Positions 44,163 to 55,824 of a DNA stretch of 64,000 nt are shown here, piece after piece (position 1 is the first letter of the stretch; each line of letters starts with the position of its first letter). The position numbers were made by a program, and so were the translations under genes. Source of the stretch: Eledone cirrhosa (lineage: Eukaryota). The stretch spans positions 112,530,001-112,594,000 of the forward strand of contig OZ024740.1 in assembly GCA_964016885.1 (NCBI GenBank), read 5' to 3'. The notes under the pieces were generated by a model. The model was not told the DNA's origin and did not search any database. It saw only the letters and a program-made list of their open reading frames with translations.

Positions 44163-44192
44163 AAATGGCGAATTAACTGTTGCAGAATTACT

Positions 44193-44231
<39 letters not shown>

Positions 44232-44365
44232 ATAGTAATTACGAAGGCCTAAATCTGAAGAGGGCTCAATAAGGGTTGTATATATATAAAAATATATCTA
44301 AACACGTAGAGAAAATATTTATTATCAGTTTTAGAAGCTCCCATAATAGTGTTTGTGTGTGTATG

Positions 44366-44778
44366 TACGAGGGTAATCCCAAAAGTAAGGTCTCCAAAGC
44401 GATGGGGATGCAGAGAAACTGTTCGTACGGCTGTTGGCAACACTGTTGTGATTGGTGCTTCCTTCACTCCCAAACAAGCATGCGCGCGCTTCGCTGGGAT
44501 GCTCAATCTTGGCTTGTCAGCCGTTGAGAACGGAGCTCACGTTGAACGCTACCGCCAAGTGCTAATTTCGCGCAGTTATTATATACGAGGGCAATCCCAA
44601 AAGTAAGGTCTCCTTCCGAGGAAAACATGCATAAAGATTGGCAGATCACTCTGGATGCTCTCTGCATTTTGGTTCCTGAGGTTTCCCGAAGCACCATCCA
44701 CAGGATTTTAACAGAAAAGTTGCAATATCGGAAGTTGCATTATCGGAAGGAGACCTTACTTTTGGGATTGCCCTCGTA
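44366..44778 (+). mobile_element. mariner (Tc1/mariner) deletion derivative with three TIRs
   Basis: TA-CGAGGGYAATCCCAAAAGTAAGGTCTCC at 44366 and 44584, reverse complement at 44749-44778. Transposase remnants ELTLNATAKC*FRAVI and QITLDALCILVPEVSRSTIHRILTEKLQYRK (HTH region). Confidence 0.85.
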
Positions 44779-45884
44779 TATATATATATATATATATATA
44801 ATATGCAAGCATGCTAATGTGATCAATAAATAATTGTGGGAGAGTTTTAAATTAGGATGTATATTATAGCTACATTGGGTCTCACTCATTATATTGCTGT
44901 TAAGTCTTCATCTACTCTGCTTTTAGTCATTGTACTATGGTGTCATAGTACCTATCTTCTACCATAAGTACTTTATTTTTTTCCCCTATCATTAGTACTT
45001 GTCTATTGAGTGATGGTTTTGGATTTATAAATTTTCAGAACCCCATCCCACCTCCTACCTCCCCTTCTTTACTGGTAACCATCACTCCCTTCCTCCATAC
45101 CACTTTCATTGACATCTACCACTATCACCATCATCCACCTTTATTGCTATCTTATCACTTGCTCTTCCATTATGCTGCTTATATAGTTTTCTACTATTTA
45201 ATCTCCTTACCAACAAGTACCATGTAGTGATTATTCTTTCTCTTCCATTACTCCTCTCTTATCATCTCACGCTTCTGACACAGCCCCCACTTCTCCAACA
45301 TACTCTCACTTCTTGGTCATCACTTGTTCTTCTATTGACCCTCTTGGTTATATTAACCTTGAATGAATGGAGGTAACATAGGGTGGAGAGGCTTCAAGTC
45401 TTGAGGAAACATGGCAATGTCTCTACTGCTGATACCATAATGAAATGCACTCTGTAATGTCATTGATAAACAAATGGAGACAGCATAGGGTCATGAAAAC
45501 ACTTTAGTCTTGCTGAGAATATGACAATCTTTCTAGTTCTTGTGACAAGATAAAGAATATCCAGTACTATTAGGAAGAGCATCTAGCCTTAGAAATCAGG
45601 CCATCAACCAGTCCAGCTGAAGGCAACATGGAACTGGGTGTAAAATGATGATGATGATATATATATATATATATATATGTATATTCATATATTCTGCCAT
45701 CTTATTGTAGAATTGGTATCTTTGTCTTGAGATGTTTATTGAGTACAATATAGCAAACACATTTGTTGACAATATTAAGTTATAAAAAATGTTAAATTGT
45801 TTATTGGTTTGTAGCAACTACTGAAATATATAGATTATGAAAAAGAAATTACTGTTAAAATATAACAGCAACTCTCTTCATTGT

Positions 45885-46227
45885 GGCAGGCACATGGCTT
45901 AGTGGTTAGAGCATTGGCCTTGCAATCGAAAGGTTGTGAGTTCAATTCTCGGACCGGGTGATGTGTTGTTTCCTTGAGCATGAGACTTTATTTCACATTG
46001 CTCCAGTTTACTCAGCTGTAGAAATGAGATGATAGGGACTGGTGTCCCTATCATTCCACTGCAAAGAGGTCGTGGAGGTGCCACGGCAAAAAAGCACCCA
46101 ACACTCACTGTAAATGAGGTTGGTGTTAGGAAGGGCATCAAGCTGTAGAAATCAAACCAGTATCAGTTCCCGTCCCACCCTTGCAAGCAGGGAAAAGCAG
46201 ACGTAAAATGATGATGATGATGATGAT
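45885..46227 (+). mobile_element. Family A CORE-type SINE
   Basis: Near-identical to 18740-19084. Confidence 0.88.
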
Positions 46228-47665
46228 ATGTGTGCTCCTATCCATTTAGTGTTGTAAGTGAAGACTTTTTTCAGATAAATATAAGGAAACCATTTGGTTT
46301 ATTTCATTGAGATAGGAGAATTTAGATTAATACCATTAAAAGATCTCAAGCGGTGGTAATGTTGCTGATGTTATTTCAGAGTCCCAAATTACAACTATTT
46401 CTGTTATACATATCATATCATTCTTTCCTATTTGAGATAACTTATGTCTGTGTAGCAAAGTTAAGAAATACCTGCCTCTCCCTACCTGGAAAATAAACCA
46501 CTAAAAATAAGATTAAAACATTACTAAAGTAAGCCAACAAATTGCCAGAGTTGTTAATGCATCAGATAGAATATCTTGTGTTATTTGTTACACATCTGTG
46601 TGACCTTAGTCCAAATCTCACTGAGGTCAACTTTGCCTTTCATCCTTCCAGGATCAATAATATAAAAGTACTAGTTTATGAAGGTGGATTAGCTGAATTC
46701 TTAGTGTTGGATGAGTTGCCTTACCAGTATCTATTCTGGCAATTTGCATTCTTATTCCAAATCCTATCAATATCCAGAGCTAATCATCTGACCATGAAAC
46801 CTTCCACTGATATTGAAAGCTGGAATGGATGGAGGAGGATTTTGGCCGTCTACTACTGTAGTTAAACAATGATGATAATTATTAAAGCTCCAGAATTTAT
46901 GTAAAAACATTGCCTTTCTTAATAGGAAATAGTGGAAAAGAAATTCTCTTGATTTAGTGAACAAATTCTGAGTTTAACTCTTTTGATACAAATCATTCTA
47001 TGATAACCTTTTGTTATATTATAAATACCATTAATGAAATAATTATTAATGAAATAGTTGATAATTTTAGTAAATTCTTCTTAGATTCTTTATTAATTAA
47101 TTCAAATAGAGCATATTTCATTAAAAATATTGTAATGAAGGGGTTAAACATTGCTTGAGGCATTAGTTATATTGTACTTTAAGTAAGATAGGTCACTGTA
47201 CTTTTTAAAGAGTACTCACTAGAAGTAGTAGAATAGTAATGCTAAAAATTGAACTAAAAATATAATGGTGTGTTTGTGGTAGTGGTGTTGGTATTTTAAC
47301 CCTGATTTTGCCAGCCTATGACCCTCATAGTCTATATATATAATCCTATTATTGTCTTCTATAAGATTGGGCTGACCAATGCTTTGTGAGTCAATGTATG
47401 ACTCACTATGCTTACATTGTTAGTCAGCTGGTACCTTTTGTTTATGTCCTTCTGTCATCAGGAATCACATCCAAACATTGAATTCTAACTCAAAAAGTCT
47501 AATTCTCCCCATGCAATCTTGGAAAAGTGGTCGTAAAACCAATAATAAAAGGTTATATATATCTATATATAGATATAGTTATTGATATATTAACAGTTCT
47601 CAGGTAGATTCTGCATGGCATAGTGTGTAATAAAGCTATTTTTCCTCTTAACCCTTTAGCATTTA

Positions 47666-49966
47666 TCCCTCCCTCCCGCCCCCACGCACCACCATTATTA
47701 CGTGGACCAATCATAAGTCAGAGGCCTATACTATCACTTACCTGATTGCCTTCCGATATGATGGATGGACTACGGAATGCTGGAGAGTTGAAGAGAAAAA
47801 TCTGGACGCTCAGCAACAATGCCAAAGATAAAGACAAATTCACCTCGTGGACGAGAATGCAAGCACTCCCCCTTGGTTCGGCCGTGGATGGCTAACATAA
47901 CCCCAACTCCGCTATCCCCCCCGCCCCCCACCGCTCCCACCCTCCTAACGCAATCCAAGTCATACAGAATGGGGTTGTTCCGAAGGACTGGCGTAGCAGC
48001 ATCATCATTAACTGTTACAAGGGTAAAGGAGATGCCCTAGATAGGTGTAACTATAGAGGCATTAAATTAATCGACCAGGTCATGAAGGTCACGGAAAAAG
48101 TAATAGCGCAACTAATCAGAGAGAGAATTGATCTAGATGAAATGCAGTTCAGGTTTGTGTCAGGCAAAAGTACCACAGACGCTCTTTTCATTGTACAACA
48201 ACTACAGGAGAAGTACCTAGCTAAAAGTAAACCCGTATACTTAGCTTTTGTTGACTTGGAGAAAACCTTCGACAGAGTCCCCCGTTCCATTATCTGGTGG
48301 GCTCTTAGAAAACTAGGTGTTGATGAATGGCTTGTCAGAGCTATACAAGCCATGTATAAAGAAACAGTCAGCAAGGTTAGAATTAACAACGAATATAGTG
48401 AAGAGTTTAGCGTAAAAGTTGGTGTCCATCAGGGCTCTGTTCTTAGCCCCCTCCTATTTATTATTGCCCTTCAGGCTATAACAGAGGAGTTCAAGACCGG
48501 CTGCCCATGGGAACTCCTATACGCAGATGATCTAACGCTCATAGCTGAATCAATGGCCGAGCTAGAGAAGAAATTCCAAACATGGAAGCACGGCCTAGAA
48601 TCAAAAGGACTTAAAATTAACCTGGCTAAGACTAAAGTTCTAGTTTGTAGGAAAGAAAATAAGGCACCGGTCCCTTCCGGGAAATGGCCATGCTCAGTGT
48701 GTAGGAAAGGCGTAGGTAGAAACTCCATTTTATGTCCCAAATGCAAAGTATGGGTGCGTAAAAGATGTAGTGGGATCACAGGTAAGCTAACTAAGAACAT
48801 AGATTTTACATGTGGTCGGTGCTCTGGTGCAATAAGTAGCAGCAAGTGCCCACAAAATACTAGCTCTTTCAATTGCGCAGAGGGTTCTATAGAAATAGTG
48901 GACAGCTTCCGTTACCTGGGCGACAAAATCAGCAGTGAGGGAGGGTGCTCTGAAAGTACAGTAGCTAGAGTCAGAACTGGTTGGAAAAAGTTCAGAGAGC
49001 TTAAACCACTATTAGCCGCTAAAGTGTTCTCCCTAAGAATGAAAGGCAGGTTGTATGATGCCTGCATACGAACAGCAATGTTGCATGGCAGTGAGACCTG
49101 GGCATTGTGTGCAGAGGATATACGCAGACTAGAGAGGAACGAAGCTTGCATGCTCCGCTGGATGTGTAATAGTAACATACGTGAACGGCAAAGCATAAGC
49201 GAACTAAGGAAAAAATTAGAAATAAGAGGGATCAGATGTTGTTTACTCGAGAGAAGGCTACGTTGGTATGGTCACGTGATGCGCATGAAAGACGACAGCT
49301 GTATAACAAAGTGCAGGGCAATAAAGATAGACGGTAGCTATGGAGTAGGCAGACCCAGAAAAACCTGGGACGAGCTGATAAATTCTGACCTCACACACTT
49401 ACACCTCTCCAAGACAATGTCACTGGACCGAGACCTTTGGCGGTACTCAGTAATAGAGAAGACCCGCCTTACCTAAATACAAAGTAAAACCTACTACAGC
49501 CAGTAGGCATCTCTAACAAAATACACCCCCGTCCCACCACCCCCACCCCATCCACACCGCCCCTTCAATGTAAAGTTATGTTGGTGCCACAACATCCAGG
49601 CCGAAACAAATGAGATTGTGTAGACACAGTCCACGCTGTAATGTGGCCGTGTAGGCAACACGGTAAAAACCTCCCAGCCCCACACTGTAAATGTGGTTGG
49701 TGTTAGGAAGGGCATCCAGCTGTAGAAAACCTGCCAGACAGTCCACGCTGTAATGTGGCCGTGTAGGCAACACGGTAAAAACCTCCCAGCCCCACACTGT
49801 AAATGTGGTTGGTGTTAGGAAGGGCATCCAGCTGTAGAAAACCCGCCAGATAGTCCTATGCAAGCAAGACAATCACTCTTGCCTCAAGTGGGAAAACCCC
49901 CGTCCAAACCCATGCAAGCGTGGAACACGGACGTTAAACGTTGATGATGATGATGATGATGATGAT
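47666..49966 (+). mobile_element. RTE-clade LINE copy lacking the endonuclease region
   Basis: RT ORF, 3' UTR with a 112-bp duplication, (GAT)n tail. GC-rich 5' segment at 47666-47950. Confidence 0.9.
47953..49476 (+). pseudogene. RTE reverse transcriptase coding remnant (open frame, N-terminally truncated)
   Basis: Frame is open upstream of ATG 48082 (VPKDWRSSIIINCYKGKGDALDRCNYRGIKL). RT motifs AFVDLEKTFDRV, GVHQGSVLSPLLF, LLYADDL, FRYLG. RTE C-terminus RRLRWYGHV...GRPRKTW. Confidence 0.92.
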
Positions 49967-50737
49967 TACTCTCTATTTACTATTATATTTTCACAGTAAA
50001 GGCTATACCTCACATAATTATCTCACATCAAAATCTCAAATCTTTGAGATTTTGATATTATTTATTTTATGAACAATACTTTAACATCAGTATGAGTGGC
50101 TGGTTACAGCCGGTTTGAACAGAAAGAGGTGAGAGAATTCTGGTCAGATACAGCCAGTTTAAATGCTAAAGGGTTAATGGACTAGAGTAACATGTATTAA
50201 AGTATTTTGCTCAAGGACACAATGTGTTGCTGCCAATCAAACTCAAGAACTGAGCTGAATGCCCTAACCATTAAGATGTGTGTGCGTGTTAGGTCTTTCT
50301 ATTTTGAACCAGACACCCTGACCACTTTGCCATGCGGCATTAAGATGTGTGTGTACGCATGTATATGTACGCGTGTGTGTGTACGCGTTTGTTGTGTTTT
50401 AGATCTTTCTATTTTTACTCATCTTAACTACAAACTGTCATCATTAATATATGTTACTGACAGTCTATTATTTAGCTATCAGTAGCTTAGGTTCCATTGT
50501 GGGAGGAAGGAGCATCACTTTTATCATTTACTTGATAACAATCACTCCACTTCTCTCTCTCACCCACACTTCCCCCAAAATACACTCTTTCATACACACA
50601 GATGCATGCATACAGACATTTTCATTACAAAACACTTTCTTTTGCAGATTATATATATATATATATATGTACGTATATATATATATATGTGTATATATAT
50701 ATATATATACACACACAGACACACACACATACCATAC

Positions 50738-50768
<31 letters not shown>

Positions 50769-51382
50769 TCAAGTCTTTTTTTGTGTCTGTATTATTATTG
50801 ATTGAGGCTGTATATTTTCATGTGCTATTTGTGTTGATATATATTTACACATTATATACATCATACACATGTGTAAAATGGGTAAATGTTCTTTCACTTT
50901 CATAATTAACAAGTTATTAATGAAGATCGCTCTGGTAATTAACAAGTTATTGATGACGATCAATGTACACTGCTTTGTCATAATGTGTATGTTATGTCTT
51001 TATTCTTCTGGCTGGCTCCAGCTATGCTAATTAAAAAATAATCTTTTAATCTATGTCTCACAACTGCAGCAATATCAATAATAATAATAATAATAACAAT
51101 AATAATAAAAATAAAAATCATAGTAGTAGTAGTAGTAGTAGTAGTAGTATGGAGAAGAAAACTGAATAATGATTTGTTTATAGAAGGGTACTTGGCCAAT
51201 ATTTTTATGCTGTTTGTAATCAAAATAGTTGATTATATTGAAATCTATAGGGCAGCAAAATGGTTAGAATGTTGAATAGAATGTTCTGTGGTATTATTTC
51301 TTTCATCACTGGCCTGTCTTTCATCCTTTTGTGGTTGGTAAATAAAGTATCAGTCAGACCAGTACTGGAGTCAATTCTCTCC

Positions 51383-51465
<83 letters not shown>

Positions 51466-51799
51466 GTTGTCTGGAAGAAATCAACTGTATTTAGATCTGG
51501 AAAAGGATGACCTCTGCAAGAGTTAAATGCTTAATATGCCCCCTCCCCTAACTCTATCAGAAATTAAGAGCCTGTGGAATGGCTACTGTAACTGGTACTG
51601 TTACTAATGAGAGGTGTGATTATAATGGCTTCTAATTTAGGTACATAATCAGCAGTTTGATGAGGAAGGCAATGTCAATTATATTGATCTGGGAAGGAAT
51701 AAAAGTGAAGAAAACCTTCGCGGAATTTGAATTTGATATATAAAAAGCCTGAACAATTCTGACAATCCACTACACTAATAATAATAATAATAATAATAA

Positions 51800-52212
51800 C
51801 AGTTTCTGATATAGGGACAAGGCCAGCAATTTGGTAGAGGGGAAAGTCGCTTAAATTGACCCCAGTGCATTACTGGTACTTTATCTTATCAACCCTGTAA
51901 GGATGAAAGGCAAAGATAACCTCAGTGGGATTTCAACACAGAACGTAAAGGGCCATAACTCTATGCCGTTAAGTATGTTGTCTGACGCTCAACCCATTCA
52001 GCCAATCCACTGCTCTCACTAATAATAATGTTTCTACTTTCGGCACAAGGCCAGCAATTACCCTAGTTAATTACTGGTGCTTTATTTTATTCCCCCCCCT
52101 CCCCCGTAAGGATGAAAGGCAAAGTTAACCATGGCGAGTTATGAACTCAGAACGTAAAGAGCCATAGCTCCTTGCTGCAAAGCATGGTGTCTGACATTTT
52201 ACCAATACTTCC
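51800..52212 (-). mobile_element. Two tandem family B SINEs
   Basis: Two copies of TACTGGTRCTTTAT...GTAAGGATGAAAGGCAAAG...CAGAACGTAAAG. CACTAATAATAAT flanks the first copy. Confidence 0.8.
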
Positions 52213-53272
52213 AAATGATCTGTTAAGTATCAATGGTGATGGATGTGGGAACATTACAAAAATGGCGTAGGGTTGTACAGAATTGAGTATGAGAAGACAG
52301 GCATGAAAATATGTAAAGAAAATGAGAAATCGGATGGAGTCTGTTTGGTACCCAATTAAATAGATTGTAAAAATGTAATTGAAATGGGCCAACTGTGTCA
52401 CATATTGTGTCATGTGGATGGAATCTTCCTGAGAATTATGCAAAAGGTTTATATGTCTGTTGAATACTCAGCCACTTATATATTCTTGGTCCTAGGGTGC
52501 CCTCCCTAATGACCACCATCGGCACAGTGTTTGCTACCCTCAGGCATGAACCTTGCGAGCTGGAATGGCTCTGCCAGCGCATGTCCTTACCATCCTCCAG
52601 GGAATCGCCTTTTCTATTCTGTCTGCTGGGCTGCGGGGGAAGCCAGCACGTGGGCCTCCAATTGCTCATAATAGTGAGAGATGGGGAGAGCAGGAGAGAC
52701 GGACGCAGTGACAGTGGGAGTTTGGTTCATTTTATGAGTAATTGTTCCATTGGTCAAACATCTGGTACATATAGTGAAACCAGTGGAGCTCTGCATCTGT
52801 ATTGCTGATGATTGTAACTTAGTTTGTATTGTACCAATATTATGTATTTAATTTCTACCAACATTTTTTCTTGTATTTGATTTGTATTTATGTCTTATAA
52901 TAGAGAGAAACATTATCTTTTTCTAACATCTTTATTTAAATTTTCATTATTATCATGATGCACACATTGCAAGTGGTAGTGGGAGAGAGAGATGGCTGTT
53001 TAACTCTTTTCAAACCAACTCATCTGATATGTAATTTATTTAAATTTAAACCTGCTCTCAAAATTTTACATAAGAACTTTTTGTTAAGTTGGTTTCTAAA
53101 CACCAACTTCATGATGGAGTATGTAGTTATTTTACTAAATTCCTCCAAATTCATGATTACTCAAAAAATTAATGGAAACATATGGAGAATGTATTTTCAT
53201 TAAATATATAATGAGGAAACGGTTAATATTATATAATGAAGAATGAACATTATATTTCTTCTGTCTTCACAG

Positions 53273-53374
53273 ATGGATGATGGATTTATGGATGAGAACA
53301 ACATGGTGCTGGATGATATTTTAGAGGAACAACATCATGAAAAGATGCAGTTTATGGCAGGAATGCTTAATGAG
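53273..53374 (+). CDS. PDZRN3: PDZRN3/4-like protein, exon C (MDDGFMDENNMVLDDILEEQHHEKMQFMAGMLNE)
   Basis: TCTTCACAG acceptor, GTAGGT donor, 102 nt, phase 0/0. Resembles the post-PDZ LEEQHH..MQF.A motif of PDZRN3/4. Confidence 0.88.
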
Positions 53375-53775
53375 GTAGGTCTGCTGATTCGTTACAGGTA
53401 GTTTCAGAAGACTGGGTGAGAGGGGGGGGGGGGGCATTCCATCTGCAAATTCTTGAAAGCATTCATATAGAGACAGCATAGGGTTTGAAAGTACTTTCAC
53501 CCTGCTGAGGATATAATCTACCTCTTTAGTGCTGGTGCCATGATAAAATGAACCCAGTACACTCTGTAAAGTAGCAGTACTAGTACCACAGTAAAACGTG
53601 GTTGGTATTAAGAAAGGCATCCAGTCAAAGAAACCATACCAAAAAGGGAATGTATGAGCAAGAGTTGGTCCTCTGAACTGTCTGGTAGAGCAACAACTCT
53701 GAATAAGAACCGACTTAGAATGTAATAAACCATCTAACTCATAGCATTATGGAAATCACCTGTAAAATGATAATG

Positions 53776-53814
<39 letters not shown>

Positions 53815-53995
53815 ATTCTTTTTCTCTTTTGTCCATTTATTCCTGAATCATGGGGACAGAGTTCTCAGTTACACCTTCTAGTGTGTCCTATTGAAAGCAA
53901 CTATCTCCAAATAATCCAGCTGGATTTCAAAACGAGAGAAATGCTTCATTTTATATATATATCTTTATTGTTAAAGTTGTTTATACTTATTTCAG

Positions 53996-54124
53996 GTTCA
54001 TATGGATGAAGAAGGTGCTACAACAGATACAGGAATGACTGAAAATTCGTGCCTGAAGCTGGAGAAAGATAGTGGAGTGGGACGTACAGATGAAAGCACA
54101 AAAAATGAAGAAAGTTCTGAACAG
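53996..54124 (+). CDS. PDZRN3: PDZRN3/4-like protein, exon D ([13 protein letters not shown]...[21 protein letters not shown])
   Basis: ATTTCAG acceptor, GTAAGA donor, 129 nt, phase 0/0. [18 protein letters not shown] is a hallmark of PDZRN3/4/PDZD4. Confidence 0.92.
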
Positions 54125-55824
54125 GTAAGATCTGCAGTTGCCAGATTGTCTTATGTTAAATCTGTCATCTTCTGTTTTCTAGTGGGATTATAATGGCTGA
54201 CCCTCCTTCTCTTTTCTTGAGGGATTATAATGGTTGTTGAGGTTAAGTAACTTAAAAATAATCTAGGATTTAAGGAAACATTATGTCAAAACCAGGGTGT
54301 TTGTATAGAAAGAATACCTTAGTGTCCGAGAATGACATCTTTAGAAATAGACAGGTTCACAGGTTCTCACTTGACTCTCACTTTTGGCTTCGGGACATCT
54401 TTCTGCCACAAACTGGTAACTGCTTCTGCTATCAAGCTAAATATTAGTGTGGGACTTTGAGAGGAGATAGACACTATCAAGCATTTCTAAGGCCCACAGA
54501 AATGCCATGATGGACACACAGTTAAATATCTAGAAAGACATCCCAATGACTAGCTGCACCAGTTGCAGGATCATGACTGAGATTAAGGTAATGGTTATCT
54601 GATTACATATATGATCACATCTTACTATTGTTGTTCTGTTATATTCTTGAACAAGACACCTAATTCTACTTGCTCCAGTTTATATTATCAGACATGGTTG
54701 AGGGTTCTTACTGTTTAATGAAGAAGGGAAGAACAATCCCTATGACCAACATCCCCACTAATTTTTCCTAACTCCTGAAAGAGAATGTTTGAGGCAAACA
54801 TTTTAAATTCAAATGTTTGAACACAAACATTTTAAATTCAAAGCTATTGAGTGGCAAATTTTTTATGTGTGCAGCGGTGCACCTGCACAGCTTAGAGAGA
54901 GTATTGCCCATTACTCTTATTTAACAACTCCAGATGGGTTGGAAAGAGGGAGTTATTCATAGATCTGGCCTGGTCTGAATGCTTGCAATGGAATGGATTG
55001 TGTTAGTATGTATTGTGCTGGGCTAAAACACTTGCTTGAGTGAGGTTTCTTTTCTGAAGACCTTCTGCTGTCCAGCTCTCCTGAGTTTCTTACCACCACT
55101 TGGGTGATGATGCTATTGTTATATTATGGCAAGATTGGACATTGATATTTTCAGGTGGACCATAGCAATTGAGGTCTGAAACCAGTGGAGATGGAGTCAT
55201 CTCTGATACTGTGACTCAAGACATATCTTATGTTCCGTGCTTGTTGACTATGAACAAGCTAACTTATGATTGTCTAGATTATATATTGTTTAAATTTGTT
55301 GTCCTGTACCACATGAAACTGCATTAGTAAGATATAGTATAAAATAGAACTAGGATTGCATCACATGAAGTTTAAGGCATTTGCTCTAATACTGCAAATT
55401 TTTACAACCATCTATCTGCTAATGAAGTTACTATAAACATTTGAATTAACAAAATACTGCTAAGTCATTACAGGATGTTAAGAGCTAACTCAACGTATTT
55501 AATATGTATAGTCATTGCTGAATATCAACAGACTTGTGGTAGTGTGTTGATATGTGAGCCTTTATATGGTTTTGGTGATTTTCCTCAAAATATTTGTTTT
55601 TGTTCTTATTAGTCCCTTTATATTCTGAGTTCAAATTCTGCTATATTTTACACCCTTCTGGGGTTGATAAAATAAAGTTCCATTTAAGTACTGAGGTCTT
55701 ATAATCAAATGTTCTATTCACACAAAATTTCTGGCTTTGAACCTACATAAGAAATTGTTATTGTTACTGCTGCAATTAATATTATTAAGATTGACTTTAT
55801 CTCTTCCTTTTCCTCTACTTGTAG

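Larger units (their letters stand above)
47648..50177. mobile_element. piggyBac-like MITE interrupted by the RTE LINE
   Basis: TTAA-CCCTTTAGCATTTA (47648-47665) and TAAATGCTAAAGGG-TTAA (50160-50177): perfect 14-bp TIRs with TTAA TSD. Confidence 0.75.

Noticed and set aside
47820-47905. HDV-like ribozyme in the RTE 5' region (TTCACCTCGTGGA ... GCTAA)
   Set aside because: I could not assemble P1 and P2 pairings by eye. It would need an RNAMotif or Infernal search.
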